Positions 21,163-31,599 are shown, counted from the stretch's first letter. The stretch: DNA of 64,000 nucleotides from an uncultured Succinivibrionaceae bacterium (GCA_944393045.1 CALXYT010000005.1:1-64000), one strand, 5' to 3'. The notes: a model not told the origin generated them from the sequence alone. Translations and numbers: made by a program.

Positions 21163-21501
21163 TTATAATGGGATATTAAACTCAGGGCTTTTCTTAAAAT
21201 CGCCACGAATATCAAGTAATAAATTATTGTTATCAAAGGTTACTATTAACCTTTTAATTTCAGGATCTTGCCAACCTTGGCGCAAGAAGTACACGTAATA
21301 CCACTGTTTATTATTTAACTGATCTAGGAGCATTGGAGTTCCTAAAACAAACTTAACTTGCTCCTGGGTCATGCCTTTGCGTAGTTTATAAACATCTTTT
21401 TGCTCTGTAAAGTTCCCTTGCGCAAGATCTGGTCGATAGGCACAAGCTGAACATAAAAGAGCAGCTGACAAAATGATAGATAATAAAGTTATTAGCTTCA
21501 T
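21163..21501 (-). CDS. bamE: Outer-membrane protein assembly factor BamE (SmpA/OmlA)
   Basis: AYRPDLAQGNFTEQKDVYKLRKGMTQEQVKFVLGTPML…WYYVY tracks E. coli BamE (VYRPDINQGNYL…VGMTQQQVAYALGTP…WFYVF). Confidence 0.8.
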   Translation of the reverse strand: MKLITLLSIILSAALLCSACAYRPDLAQGNFTEQKDVYKLRKGMTQEQVKFVLGTPMLLDQLNNKQWYYVYFLRQGWQDPEIKRLIVTFDNNNLLLDIRGDFKKSPEFNIPL

Positions 21502-21679
21502 AAAATAAACCAAAATTTAGTAATTCTTATAGCTTAGTTATCTAAAGAAACTTAAGCATTTTAATAATAGCAGTTGTTATCTTTTGATACAAGTTTTGTT
21601 TTAGCTTTTACCTCCTTTAAGAAAGTATAAAGAAAGTAGCTAGCGCTGTAGCCCTAATTACGTTAGAGCTGTTTTCTTA

Positions 21680-22033
21680 TTACTCTTTATGAGCGCTTAT
21701 TTCTGTTTCTTGGTTCTTGGTTAATTTGGCCCTCATTCTTGCCTGCTCTTTTAGAGCTTCTTGCATAATTTCCTTACGAATGCGATAACAGCCAAAATGA
21801 CCTAAGAATAACGTTAAAATATAATCAAGCTTAGTAGGTTTGGAGATATCAGCTGTTAAAATTTTTAGACCTGCGCAGTATATGGCATTTAAGAGTAAAA
21901 TGCAGACTACCATAACCACAATGCCTACTTTCATATCATTTGAGGCATGTGGATAAAAAAAGTAAAAGTAAATGGCACCAAGCCAGATACCCAAAACGAT
22001 GAGTGCAAAGAAAATATTAACTATCAATCTCAT
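21680..22033 (-). CDS. Small membrane protein, YhhL (DUF1145)-like
   Basis: Three transmembrane helices. Sits immediately downstream of rsmD, as yhhL does in E. coli. Assignment rests mainly on position and size. Confidence 0.4.
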   Translation of the reverse strand: MRLIVNIFFALIVLGIWLGAIYFYFFYPHASNDMKVGIVVMVVCILLLNAIYCAGLKILTADISKPTKLDYILTLFLGHFGCYRIRKEIMQEALKEQARMRAKLTKNQETEISAHKE

Positions 22034-22151
22034 AGCTTTATTCCAATAACAAATTACTTACGCAAAAAATTTTGGCTATTGTAGATGAGAAAACTTAAAA
22101 AACACAGCATCTTAACTATATTGTGTGAGCAAGTATAGTTAATTTAAACTC

Positions 22152-22730
22152 TTATGTTCTTTCTACCTTATAGAGGCGGTAAATTACCTGTCCTGCCGTT
22201 CCTTCTTTAAGCATCGTTAAATAGGCTGGAGGAATAAATTGTGCCTCTTTTTCTTGTTCGATATAAATTAACGTACCATTTGGGGCTATTTGAGTCGTTA
22301 AAAGGGTAAAAACTTGCGTTAAGATATCATGCCTAAAAGGAGGGTCTAAAAATATAATATCAAAACTTTCTTTTGTGGTACGTAGAAATTCCAGGGCGCA
22401 TATATTAAGAAGGGTAAGGTTATTAGGCTTAAGAAGCTCAGCCCCTTTTTTAAGGTTTACATAGACCTTTTTATCTTTTTCAATCATAGTTACGCTTTTA
22501 GCATAACGAGATAGTGCCTCAAATCCTAAACTACCTGCTCCGGCAAATAAGTCAAGGCACTTTTTATCACGAATGGTAAACATTAACCAGTTAAAAAGTG
22601 TTTCTTTAACGCGATCGGTTGTAGGACGCAAACCTTTGCTGTCAATTACTGTAAGCTTTCGACCTTTATATTGCCCGCCAATAATGCGAATATTACCTTG
22701 GACTGAAGTTTTTGGGGTAGGTTTAGGCAT
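22152..22730 (-). CDS. rsmD: 16S rRNA (guanine966-N2)-methyltransferase RsmD
   Basis: LDLFAGAGSLGFEALSR (SAM motif I) and DIIFLDPPF (motif IV). Divergent from ftsY, as in E. coli. Confidence 0.85.
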   Translation of the reverse strand: MPKPTPKTSVQGNIRIIGGQYKGRKLTVIDSKGLRPTTDRVKETLFNWLMFTIRDKKCLDLFAGAGSLGFEALSRYAKSVTMIEKDKKVYVNLKKGAELLKPNNLTLLNICALEFLRTTKESFDIIFLDPPFRHDILTQVFTLLTTQIAPNGTLIYIEQEKEAQFIPPAYLTMLKEGTAGQVIYRLYKVERT

Positions 22731-22853
22731 GATTTTCTCCTAGAATATGCCGTAATATTGTACCTAAAAACCTAAAAAGTTGTTACAAATTTTGCGCTCA
22801 TGATTACTTTTTGATATAGTAGGTTCGGAAAATTGGTTATTGAGAAGATAAAC

Positions 22854-24203
22854 ATGGCTAAAAAAGGTTTATTCTCATGGTTTCACCGTAAAGATGAAAA
22901 CCCTGAGCAAGTAGAAAAAGCAGGTAAAACTTCAAAAGTTTCAGAGCAAAATAGAGCAGAAGCTAATGATTTAGCTAAAAAGGAACAAGCAGTAAAACAG
23001 GAAGTTGTTATCACTAAAGAAGAAAAGACTGCAACACCTAAGGAAGATTTAGGTAAGGTAGAACTTAATAAAGAAGAGCTTTCTAAAGCAAAAGAAGAAC
23101 CTTCTATTAAGGAAGAGTCCTTAGTAGCTAAAGAAGAGTTAAAGGAAGAACTAAAGGAAAAGGTTGAGGCTAAAGAGCTTAAAGAAGAAACTCCTAAAGA
23201 ACTTGAGCCAAAGGTTGAGGTAGTAAAACCACAGGATGAGGTTGCACCTTTAGAAGAAAAAATTCCAGAACCTCAGAATAAACCTGGATTTTTTAAGCGT
23301 TTACTTAAGAGCTTAAGGAAAACACGTGAAAATATCGGTTTTGGGTTAGTTGCCTTATTTAAAGGTCGCAAGATCGATGATGAGCTTTTTGAGGATATTG
23401 AAACTGCGTTAATTACTGCTGATGTTGGCATTGAAACAACTACTAAGATCATGAATAAGATAACCTCTGAGGCATCCTTGCGTGAATTAAAAGATGCTGA
23501 TAGTCTCATGAAGAGATTATCAGAGGAGCTGCGTGTAATTTTAGCTCCAGTATCGGAGAAATTAGTAATTGATACCTCTAAAAAGCCTTTTGTGATTTTA
23601 ATGGTGGGCGTAAATGGCGTAGGTAAGACTACAACCATTGGTAAAATGGCGAAACTTTTTGAGAAAGAAGGCAAAAAGGTTATGTTAGCCGCAGGCGATA
23701 CTTTCAGAGCCGCAGCTGTTGAGCAGCTTAAAGTATGGGGGCAGCGTAATAATATACCAGTAATTGCTCAAGAAACTGGTGCTGATAGTGCATCGGTGAT
23801 TTTTGATGCGATTACTAGTGCTAAGGCAAAAGGCTATGATGTAGTGATTGCCGACACTGCGGGAAGATTACAAAATAAAGCATATCTAATGGAAGAGCTT
23901 AAAAAGATTGTGCGTGTTATGAAAAAAGTTTCTCCTGATGCCCCACATGAGGTAATGCTTACCCTTGATGCCTGTACAGGGCAAAATGCAATAAGTCAGG
24001 CTAAGTTATTTGGTGAGGTAGTGCCATTAACTGGTATTAATTTAACTAAGCTTGATGGTACCGCAAAAGGTGGGGTGATATTTAATATTGCCAGTCAATT
24101 TAAAGTACCAATTCGTTATATCGGTATTGGTGAGGGTATTGATGATCTTAAAGAATTTAATGCTGATGATTTTGTTAATGCACTCTTTAGTTCTGAAGAA
24201 TAA
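22854..24203 (+). CDS. ftsY: Signal recognition particle receptor FtsY
   Basis: ATG at 22854 preceded by GAGAAG. Lys/Glu-rich acidic A-domain, then NG domain with GVNGVGKTT, DTAGR and TKLDGTAKGG. Confidence 0.9.
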   Translation: MAKKGLFSWFHRKDENPEQVEKAGKTSKVSEQNRAEANDLAKKEQAVKQEVVITKEEKTATPKEDLGKVELNKEELSKAKEEPSIKEESLVAKEELKEELKEKVEAKELKEETPKELEPKVEVVKPQDEVAPLEEKIPEPQNKPGFFKRLLKSLRKTRENIGFGLVALFKGRKIDDELFEDIETALITADVGIETTTKIMNKITSEASLRELKDADSLMKRLSEELRVILAPVSEKLVIDTSKKPFVILMVGVNGVGKTTTIGKMAKLFEKEGKKVMLAAGDTFRAAAVEQLKVWGQRNNIPVIAQETGADSASVIFDAITSAKAKGYDVVIADTAGRLQNKAYLMEELKKIVRVMKKVSPDAPHEVMLTLDACTGQNAISQAKLFGEVVPLTGINLTKLDGTAKGGVIFNIASQFKVPIRYIGIGEGIDDLKEFNADDFVNALFSSEE

Positions 24204-24215
24204 CTCTTAGCGTAA

Positions 24216-24250
24216 ATGGACAGTAAAAACACTGCTGTCCATTTTGTTTA
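24216..24250 (+). terminator. Rho-independent terminator between ftsY and ftsE
   Basis: Stem atggacag / ctgtccat with a 10-nt loop, followed by TTTTGTTT. Confidence 0.55.
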
Positions 24251-24313
24251 TAGTAAGTTTAAGTATGGTTATCTTTGGTAGCTTCCTTGGTAAATTTGGG
24301 TAAAAAATAAAAA

Positions 24314-24994
24314 ATGATTAAATTTGATAAGGTAAGCAAAGTATATTTGCAAGGACAAAGCGCCTTACAAAAAATTAGTTTTCATGTAAAAAAGGGTGAA
24401 ATGGTTTATTTAACAGGTCACTCAGGCGCTGGTAAAACTACTATTTTACGCATCATTACTGCCCAGGAGCATGTATCTTTAGGTAAAGTATATTTTAATA
24501 ACCATTCAATAACCGATATTACAAAGCAAGATATACCTTTTTTACGTCGCAGATGTGGAATGATTTTTCAGGAACCACATTTAATGATGAATAAGACTAT
24601 CGTTGAAAATGTAGCCTTACCGTTATTGATTCAAGGAATGAGTGTCGAGCAGATTGTGCCACTTGTGCATCAAACGCTTCTTAAAGTTCATCTTGAAGGT
24701 AAAGGTAATCTTTATCCTATTAACTTAAGTACTGGTGAGCAGCAACGAGTAGGGATAGCAAGAGCAATAGTTAATAAGCCGTTAGTATTACTGGCCGATG
24801 AGCCTACTGGTAATTTAGACCCTCATTTATCAGCCGAAATTTTTTCCCTTTTTACTAAGCTTAATGAGGAAGGGATGACAATTTTAGTAGCAACACACGA
24901 TATTTCGCTGATAAATCAATTTGCCCGCCGTACTATTAGATTAAAAAATGGCAATATTATTTCCGATGGACCTTTTAATTTAAAGGATTATTAG
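24314..24994 (+). CDS. ftsE: Cell-division ABC transporter ATPase FtsE
   Basis: GHSGAGKTT Walker A, LSTGEQQRVGIARA signature, LLADEPTGNLD Walker B. Confidence 0.9.
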   Translation: MIKFDKVSKVYLQGQSALQKISFHVKKGEMVYLTGHSGAGKTTILRIITAQEHVSLGKVYFNNHSITDITKQDIPFLRRRCGMIFQEPHLMMNKTIVENVALPLLIQGMSVEQIVPLVHQTLLKVHLEGKGNLYPINLSTGEQQRVGIARAIVNKPLVLLADEPTGNLDPHLSAEIFSLFTKLNEEGMTILVATHDISLINQFARRTIRLKNGNIISDGPFNLKDY

Positions 24995-24998
24995 TAAT

Positions 24999-25937
24999 AT
25001 GAACAAGCAAACAGGTGTTTCTTCTTTAAGAACTCATATCAATGAAGCAAAAAATGCCTTTGATGCTATTTTGCGTTTTAGGTTTATGGCAAGTTTGCTT
25101 ACTATTGCGGTAATAGGGATAAGTATCGCAATTCCAGGATTTTTTTACTTAATGGTAAAAAATGTCTCCCTTCTTGCTGATAATTTATCTCTAGAAAAAA
25201 ATATCACCGTTTATTTAAGTGCACAAACTTCTAATGAGGCGGTAAATATATTTGCTAATACTCTTAAGAAGGATCCACACATTAGCAAGGTAAGAGTAAT
25301 TTTAAATAACGAAGGACTTGCGCAATTTGAAAGGGCTATTGGTATGGAAACAGGGGAGGTTTTTGCAGAAAATGAAAATCCGCTACCTCATGCCATAATT
25401 GTAACTCCCGGTAATGATGCACAAACCCAAGAGGAATTAACTAAACTTGTGCAGTATATAAACAGCAATAATCATGTAGAATCAGTAAGGCTTGATAAAG
25501 ATTGGTTTACTAAAATTAATAGTTTTATCAATGTGTTAAGTTTCTTATGCTTCTTTGTTGGAGTGATTTTATTCTTTTCATTACTTCTTACTGTAATAAA
25601 CTCTATTTCCAATCGTGTAATTCTTCATGCCGATGAAATTGAGGTTATGAAACTTGTTGGCGCAACTGATAATTATATTTGCCGTACTTATGCTTATATG
25701 GGAGCATGTTTTGGGGGATTAGGTGGCTTTTGGGGGATTTGGCTTGCAACGTTAGCTTTATTTTTAACAAGCATCTTTTTTGATGAATTAACTCAGGCTT
25801 ATGGCTTTGATTATTCAATGCAAGGTTTTAGTTTTGGGGAGTTTATCTTCCTCTTACTTTTTAGTACGCTTTCATCTTTGGTTGTTGCAGTTTTTAGTGC
25901 TAGAAGGGCAATAGCTCGCATTGAATTAGTAGAGTAA
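24999..25937 (+). CDS. ftsX: Cell-division ABC transporter permease FtsX
   Basis: Follows ftsE by 4 bp. Four transmembrane helices with a large periplasmic loop. 312 aa. Confidence 0.85.
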   Translation: MNKQTGVSSLRTHINEAKNAFDAILRFRFMASLLTIAVIGISIAIPGFFYLMVKNVSLLADNLSLEKNITVYLSAQTSNEAVNIFANTLKKDPHISKVRVILNNEGLAQFERAIGMETGEVFAENENPLPHAIIVTPGNDAQTQEELTKLVQYINSNNHVESVRLDKDWFTKINSFINVLSFLCFFVGVILFFSLLLTVINSISNRVILHADEIEVMKLVGATDNYICRTYAYMGACFGGLGGFWGIWLATLALFLTSIFFDELTQAYGFDYSMQGFSFGEFIFLLLFSTLSSLVVAVFSARRAIARIELVE

Positions 25938-26263
25938 AGGAACTTCTAAAAAGTTTTCATGAAAACATGCTCAAAACTTAAAAGCATAAGTATTTTATAA
26001 ATTTTATAAAAAAAAATTACAAACTAGTTAACAATTAACCAAAAACAAGCTAAGATGTAAATTAATAAAGATTGTGACACGTATCGAATTTATTGGCTAA
26101 AATTTTGTAAACTTTTGTGAAAAAAATTTATAAATCGTTACGATAGCAACAATTATAAAAACTTTGCTTTTTTATCTAGCGATAATTTTTAGCAGAGTTA
26201 TGGAAAAAACTGATACACTGATAAAGATTATCAGGCATAAAACAAGGTAGGATACAGAATAAT

Positions 26264-27139
26264 ATGTTATTACAGAAAGATGAATCAATGATGCTTGTTC
26301 CAAGTGACAACATCGATGGTTATATTCGTGCAATTAACTCTATTCCGTTACTTACTGCAGAAGAAGAGCTTGAGTTAGCAACTAAGTTACGTGACACCGG
26401 TGATGTCGAAGCAGCGCGCAAACTTGTATTATCTCATTTGCGTTTTGTAGTAAGTATCGCACGTGGTTATGATGGTTATGGTTTACCTCTTGCAGATTTA
26501 ATACAGGAAGGTACTTTAGGCTTAATGAAAGCGGTTAAGCGTTTTGATGTATCGCAAGGTGTAAGACTAGCAGCTTTTGCGGTTCATTGGATTAAAGCTG
26601 AAATTACTGATTATGTAATGAAGAATTGGCGCTTAGTGAAAGTAGCAACTACTAAGGCGCAAAGAAAGTTATTCTTTAAGCTCCGTAAACTTAAAAAACG
26701 TATCGGCTGGTTTACTAATGAAGAGCGTGAAAATGTAGCTAATGATTTAGGGGTTGATGCGAAAGATGTAGAAGAAATGGAAAGTCGTTTAAGCGCACAA
26801 GATGTAGCTTTTGAGGGCTTTTCAGATGAGGAGGAAGATAATCAATTCGTTCCTTCTAATTATCTGGTAGATGAATCTTCTGATTTTGAGGAGGCGCTTT
26901 CTCAAAAAGATGACAAGAGAGTATTATCTTTAACTTTAAATAATGTGTTAGGTCAGCTTGATGATAGAGCTTACCACATTATTAAGCGCCGTTGGTTAGA
27001 CGAGGATAAAGCAACATTGCAAGAGCTAAGTGCTGAGCTTGGTGTATCAATTGAAAGAGTGCGTCAATTAGAGAAATCAACACTTGCTAAGATTAAGAAT
27101 ATGATGACTAATACAAATGCTTTAACATATGAGCACTAA
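26264..27139 (+). CDS. rpoH: RNA polymerase sigma-32 (heat-shock sigma factor RpoH)
   Basis: Collinear with E. coli RpoH, including the RpoH box QRKLFFKLRK. A 325-bp AT-rich leader lies upstream. Confidence 0.9.
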   Translation: MLLQKDESMMLVPSDNIDGYIRAINSIPLLTAEEELELATKLRDTGDVEAARKLVLSHLRFVVSIARGYDGYGLPLADLIQEGTLGLMKAVKRFDVSQGVRLAAFAVHWIKAEITDYVMKNWRLVKVATTKAQRKLFFKLRKLKKRIGWFTNEERENVANDLGVDAKDVEEMESRLSAQDVAFEGFSDEEEDNQFVPSNYLVDESSDFEEALSQKDDKRVLSLTLNNVLGQLDDRAYHIIKRRWLDEDKATLQELSAELGVSIERVRQLEKSTLAKIKNMMTNTNALTYEH

Positions 27140-27184
27140 AAGAGTCATTAGGTAAATAAGTTTATACTAAATAAATCTTAAATA

Positions 27185-27219
27185 AAAGCCCTTAGGAGTT
27201 TCTCTTAACGGCTTTTTTT
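27185..27219 (+). terminator. Rho-independent terminator after rpoH
   Basis: Imperfect GC-containing stem followed by TTTTTTTA. Confidence 0.45.
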
Positions 27220-27324
27220 ATGCATAAAATAACTTTCTTTCTCATTAAGTTCCCCTCAAAAATTCCTCCTTAACTAGAAATTAAAATTTTTTTAGCAAAA
27301 AATGTAAAAAATCTTGCATAAAGT

Positions 27325-27352
27325 CTTGAAATACAAAATTGTGACCATATAT
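27325..27352 (+). promoter_or_regulatory. Sigma-32 (heat-shock) promoter upstream of grpE
   Basis: CTTGAAA – 13 nt – CCATATAT fits the sigma-32 consensus TTGAAA-N13-15-CCCCATNT. Sits ~40 nt upstream of grpE. Confidence 0.55.
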
Positions 27353-27389
27353 ATGAAGTAGACAAGAAAATATTTAGGAGTTGATGTTC

Positions 27390-27998
27390 ATGTCAGATAA
27401 GAAAGAAGAAGCACAAGTAGAACTTGAAAAAGAACAGGAAGCGGCTAATGCTACTAATGAAGAAGTTCAGGCTACTGATGCTTGTCAGGGTGAAAATACT
27501 GAATCTTTAAATAGTGAAATTGAAGAACTTAAAGGTCTTTTAGATAAGAGTAAAGATGATTTACTACGAGCCCAGGCTGAATTACAGAATATGCGCCGTA
27601 GATGCGAAACAGAAGTTGCTAAAGCTAAGAACTTTGCCATTGAACGTTTTGTGCAGTCTTTACTACCTGCAATCGATCCTTTAGAGAAGTCAGTTCAGTA
27701 TATGGATCGCACCAATGAACAGCTTAAACCAATACTTGATGGTGTTGAACAAACTCTTAGTTTATTGATTCAGGCATTAACAAATAACGGTATTAGTGCA
27801 ATTGATCCTAAGGTTGGGGAAGATGTACTAGATCCAAATATTCACCATGCTATTCAGATGGTGGAAAATGAAGAAACTCCGACAAACACTATTTTAACTG
27901 TAGTGCAAAAGGGGTATCAGTTAAATGGTCGTGTAATCAGACCTGCATTAGTAGTTGTGTCAAAGGGTGGGGTTGGACAAGTTGATGCGCAGGCTTAA
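27390..27998 (+). CDS. grpE: Nucleotide exchange factor GrpE
   Basis: Coiled-coil LRAQAELQNMRRR and the conserved C-terminal beta-domain. ATG at 27390 has TAGGAG at proper spacing; the ORF-track start at 27381 is a TTG. Confidence 0.85.
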   Translation: MSDKKEEAQVELEKEQEAANATNEEVQATDACQGENTESLNSEIEELKGLLDKSKDDLLRAQAELQNMRRRCETEVAKAKNFAIERFVQSLLPAIDPLEKSVQYMDRTNEQLKPILDGVEQTLSLLIQALTNNGISAIDPKVGEDVLDPNIHHAIQMVENEETPTNTILTVVQKGYQLNGRVIRPALVVVSKGGVGQVDAQA

Positions 27999-28015
27999 AA
28001 AATCCTTAAAAAGGT

Positions 28016-28043
28016 CTTGAAATTAAAAAAAACGACCTTACGT
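28016..28043 (+). promoter_or_regulatory. Candidate sigma-32 promoter upstream of dnaK
   Basis: CTTGAAA – 13 nt – CCTTACGT; weaker -10 match. Confidence 0.35.
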
Positions 28044-28139
28044 AAGAGTTAGAGAAGATTAAAAATAAAACCTAGTTAGTTTAGGTATTACTTTAAAAAG
28101 ACAACTAGGTGATTTAAAGATTATTGGAGCATATATAAA

Positions 28140-30056
28140 ATGGGTAAGATTATTGGTATAGACTTAGGTACAACAAATTCATGTGTTGCCGTACTTGAGA
28201 ATGGTACAGCTCGTGTACTTGAAAATTCTGAAGGTCATCGTACTACACCTTCTGTTATTGCATACACAAATGATGGTGAAATTCTAGTTGGTGATGTAGC
28301 AAAGCGTCAGGCTGTAACTAATCCACAAAATACATTATTTGCTATTAAGCGTTTAATCGGTCGTCGTTATGAAGATGCTGAAGTTCAGCGTGATATTAAG
28401 ATCATGCCATTTAAGATTGTTAAGAACGACAACGGTGATGCTTGGGTTGACGTTAAGGGTAAGAGAATGGCTCCACCACAGATTTCTGCAGAAGTTTTAA
28501 AGAAGATGAAAAAGACTGCAGAAGATATTCTTGGTGAAACAATTACTGAAGCGGTTATTACTGTTCCTGCATACTTCAATGACCAGCAGCGTCAAGCTAC
28601 TAAGGACGCTGGCCGTATTGCAGGTCTTGATGTAAAGCGTATTATTAACGAACCTACCGCTGCGGCAATGGCCTACGGTGAAGATAAGGTTAAGGGCGAA
28701 AAGAAGATTGCTGTATACGACCTTGGTGGTGGTACATTCGATATTTCAATTATTGATATCGATGAAGTTGATGGTGAAAAGACTTTCGAAGTTCTTTCAA
28801 CTAACGGTGATACCCACTTAGGCGGTGAAGATTTTGATAATATTTTAATCAACTACTTAATTGAAGAATTTAAGAAAGATCAAGGCGTTGATTTAAGTAA
28901 GGATATGTTAGCTCTTCAGCGTTTAAAGGAAGCTGCTGAAAAGGCTAAGATTGAATTGTCATCTGCTCAGCAGACTCAAATCAACCTTCCTTACATCACT
29001 GCTGATGCAACAGGTCCAAAGCACATGAACATTACTTTAACACGTGCAAAACTTGAAGCATTAGTTGAAGACTTAGTAATGAACTCATTAAATCCTGTAA
29101 GAACAGCCTTAAGCGATGCTGGTTTAACAGTTAATGATGTTGATGAAGTATTATTGGTTGGTGGTCAGACACGTATGCCATTAGTACAGAAGGTTGTAGC
29201 AGACTTCTTCGGTAAGGAACCTCGCAAGGATGTAAATCCAGATGAAGCCGTTGCTCAGGGTGCTGCAATTCAGGGTGCAGTATTAGCAGGCGATAAGAAG
29301 GACGTATTATTACTTGATGTTACACCATTATCACTTGGTATTGAAACCATGGGTGGTGTGATGACTACTCTTATCGAAAAGAATACTACAATTCCTACTA
29401 AGAAGAGTCAGGTATTCTCAACTGCTGAAGATAACCAGCCTGCTGTAACTATTAGAGTATTACAGGGTGAACGTAAGAGAGCTGCTGATAATAAGCTTTT
29501 AGGTAACTTTGATTTAACTGGTATTGCTCCAGCTCCACGTGGGGTACCTCAGATTGAAGTATCATTTGACATCGATGCTGATGGTTGTATCCATGTAAGT
29601 GCTAAAGATAAGAATACTGGTAAGGAACAGAAGATTACTATTCAGTCATCATCTGGTCTGTCAGAAGAAGAAATTCAGAAGATGGTAAGAGAAGCAGAAG
29701 ATCACGCTGCTGAAGATAAGAAGTTCGAAGAACTAGCTAATGCTCGTAACCGTGCTGATGCTACTGTTCATGCAGTTAAGAAACAGCTTGCTGAAGCTGG
29801 TGATAAGGTTCCGGCAGATCTTAAGAGCCAGATTGAATCTGCTTGCAATGACCTTGATCAAGCTGCAAGAGGCGATGTGAAGGAAGATATTGAAAACGCT
29901 GAAAAGAAACTCATGGATGTATGCGGTGCTTTAGGTCAGTATACACAGCAAGGTTCTAACGGTCAGGCTCAGCAGCAGGAGTCTAATACTCAGAGTTCAT
30001 CTGGTAAAGACGGTCAGTACGATGCAGAGTTTGAAGAAGTTAAGTCAGATAAGTAA
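28140..30056 (+). CDS. dnaK: Molecular chaperone DnaK (Hsp70)
   Basis: [18 protein letters not shown]…, DLGGGTFD, and about 80% identity by eye to E. coli DnaK across the visible stretch. Confidence 0.95.
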   Translation: MGKIIGIDLGTTNSCVAVLENGTARVLENSEGHRTTPSVIAYTNDGEILVGDVAKRQAVTNPQNTLFAIKRLIGRRYEDAEVQRDIKIMPFKIVKNDNGDAWVDVKGKRMAPPQISAEVLKKMKKTAEDILGETITEAVITVPAYFNDQQRQATKDAGRIAGLDVKRIINEPTAAAMAYGEDKVKGEKKIAVYDLGGGTFDISIIDIDEVDGEKTFEVLSTNGDTHLGGEDFDNILINYLIEEFKKDQGVDLSKDMLALQRLKEAAEKAKIELSSAQQTQINLPYITADATGPKHMNITLTRAKLEALVEDLVMNSLNPVRTALSDAGLTVNDVDEVLLVGGQTRMPLVQKVVADFFGKEPRKDVNPDEAVAQGAAIQGAVLAGDKKDVLLLDVTPLSLGIETMGGVMTTLIEKNTTIPTKKSQVFSTAEDNQPAVTIRVLQGERKRAADNKLLGNFDLTGIAPAPRGVPQIEVSFDIDADGCIHVSAKDKNTGKEQKITIQSSSGLSEEEIQKMVREAEDHAAEDKKFEELANARNRADATVHAVKKQLAEAGDKVPADLKSQIESACNDLDQAARGDVKEDIENAEKKLMDVCGALGQYTQQGSNGQAQQQESNTQSSSGKDGQYDAEFEEVKSDK

Positions 30057-30150
30057 TAGTCATCTTATCTAAGTGTTAAGGTAACGGATGCCGTCAAATG
30101 ATGGTGTCCGTTAGTTGTATAAGTCAGATAACGTAATAGGTAAACTTAAT

Positions 30151-31305
30151 ATGGCGAAACGTGACTATTATGAAGTGCTAGGCGTTGATAAAAGTGCTGA
30201 TGAACAGACTATAAAGAGATCTTATAAGCGCTTAGCAATGAAATACCATCCAGACCGTAATCATGAAGCAGGTGCTGAGGAAAAGTTTAAGGAAATTAAT
30301 GAAGCGTATGCTGTATTAAGCGATCCTCAAAAGAAACAAGCTTACGATCAGTTTGGTTTTGCAGGTGTTGATCCTAACCAGGCAGGCGGAGCTGGTGGTT
30401 TTGGCGGCTTCGGTGGAGCTGGATTTAGTGGCTTTGGTGGCTTTGAGGATATTTTTGAGAATATCTTCGGTGGTGGCAGTGCTCGAGGAGGTCGTGCTCG
30501 TCCAGGTCCAAGACCTGGTGATGATATTCAGCAAGTAGTAGAAATTACTCTTGAAGAAGCGTTTAAAGGTTGTACCAAGACTGTTTCTTATCGCGCAAAG
30601 TGTACTTGTGAAACTTGTAAGGGATCTGGTAGTAAAGATAATTCTAAACCTGTGCAGTGTCCTCGTTGTGGTGGTACAGGTATTATTCAGATGCGTCAAG
30701 GTTTCTTTGCCGTACAGCAAACTTGTCCGGATTGTGGTGGTAGCGGTAAGAAGATTGCCAATCCTTGTCCAGATTGTCATGGGGAAGGTAGAGTTTATTG
30801 CAAGAAAACAATAAACGTTAAGATTCCAGCAGGTATGGATAATGGTAATACTCTACGTATGGCAGGCGCTGGTGAGGCAGGAGAACTTGGGGCACAAAAT
30901 GGTGATTTATATGTAATCATTAAATTAAAGCCACATGCTTTATTTGAACGTGAAAACTTAAATTTACATGTAAATGTACCTATTAGCTTTGCAACTGCAG
31001 CTCTTGGTGGTAAGATTGAGGTGCCAACTTTATCAGGTAAGATTATGCTTACTATTAAAGAAGGTACACAAACAGGGGCTGTATTATGCGCTAATGGTAA
31101 AGGTTTTACCTCAGTAAATGGTTCTAGAGTTGGTAATTTACTATGTCACATTTGTGTGGAAACTCCAGTACATTTAAATGAAAAGCAAAAAGAATTATTA
31201 CGTGAATTTGAAGGTACTTTTAAATCAGGTGAAGAAAGTCATCGTCCGATGCTAGATAGTTTTATCTCTAAAGTAAAAGGCTTTATTGATGATCTAAAAG
31301 GCTAA
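30151..31305 (+). CDS. dnaJ: Co-chaperone DnaJ (Hsp40)
   Basis: Starts MAKRDYYEVLGV. J-domain HPD motif, Gly/Phe-rich region, and four CxxCxGxG zinc-finger repeats. Confidence 0.95.
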   Translation: MAKRDYYEVLGVDKSADEQTIKRSYKRLAMKYHPDRNHEAGAEEKFKEINEAYAVLSDPQKKQAYDQFGFAGVDPNQAGGAGGFGGFGGAGFSGFGGFEDIFENIFGGGSARGGRARPGPRPGDDIQQVVEITLEEAFKGCTKTVSYRAKCTCETCKGSGSKDNSKPVQCPRCGGTGIIQMRQGFFAVQQTCPDCGGSGKKIANPCPDCHGEGRVYCKKTINVKIPAGMDNGNTLRMAGAGEAGELGAQNGDLYVIIKLKPHALFERENLNLHVNVPISFATAALGGKIEVPTLSGKIMLTIKEGTQTGAVLCANGKGFTSVNGSRVGNLLCHICVETPVHLNEKQKELLREFEGTFKSGEESHRPMLDSFISKVKGFIDDLKG

Positions 31306-31320
31306 TTAGCTCTTTTAATA

Positions 31321-31362
31321 AAAAGCGATACTTAAAGATTTTTTAGGTATCGTTTTTATTAT
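31321..31362 (+). terminator. Probable terminator after dnaJ
   Basis: Stem gatac…gtatc with a long loop, followed by GTTTTTATT. Confidence 0.4.
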
Positions 31363-31599
31363 TTATAAGCAGTGGTAATTAACCTTCTTATATGGCAATT
31401 GTAAGATTTTTCACTTGACATATTTACAGTATCTTTTATATTAGTACCTGTAAAATTAGTTATTAGAACTTCTATTTAAGTAATACTGCAAAAGCTTTCT
31501 TAAATTTTTTAAATTATAGCTGGATTCATATTTATATGAGTCTAGGTTTTTTTATTATTTAAAAAAAGATAATAATATAAGTAAATAAGGAATAGAAAA

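Noticed and set aside
22854-23400. Apparent nucleotide repeats (aaagaag, gaagaa…) in the 5' half of ftsY that could suggest a repeat element or CRISPR-like array
   Set aside because: They are simply the codons of the Lys/Glu-rich acidic A-domain of FtsY, in frame. There are no regular spacers or repeat units.
30316-30814. Three overlapping ORFs (154, 61 and 87 aa) within dnaJ
   Set aside because: They overlap the Gly/Phe-rich and zinc-finger regions of dnaJ in other frames. The repetitive Thr/Ser- or Val/Leu-rich translations are frame artefacts of the GGT/GGC-rich segment.
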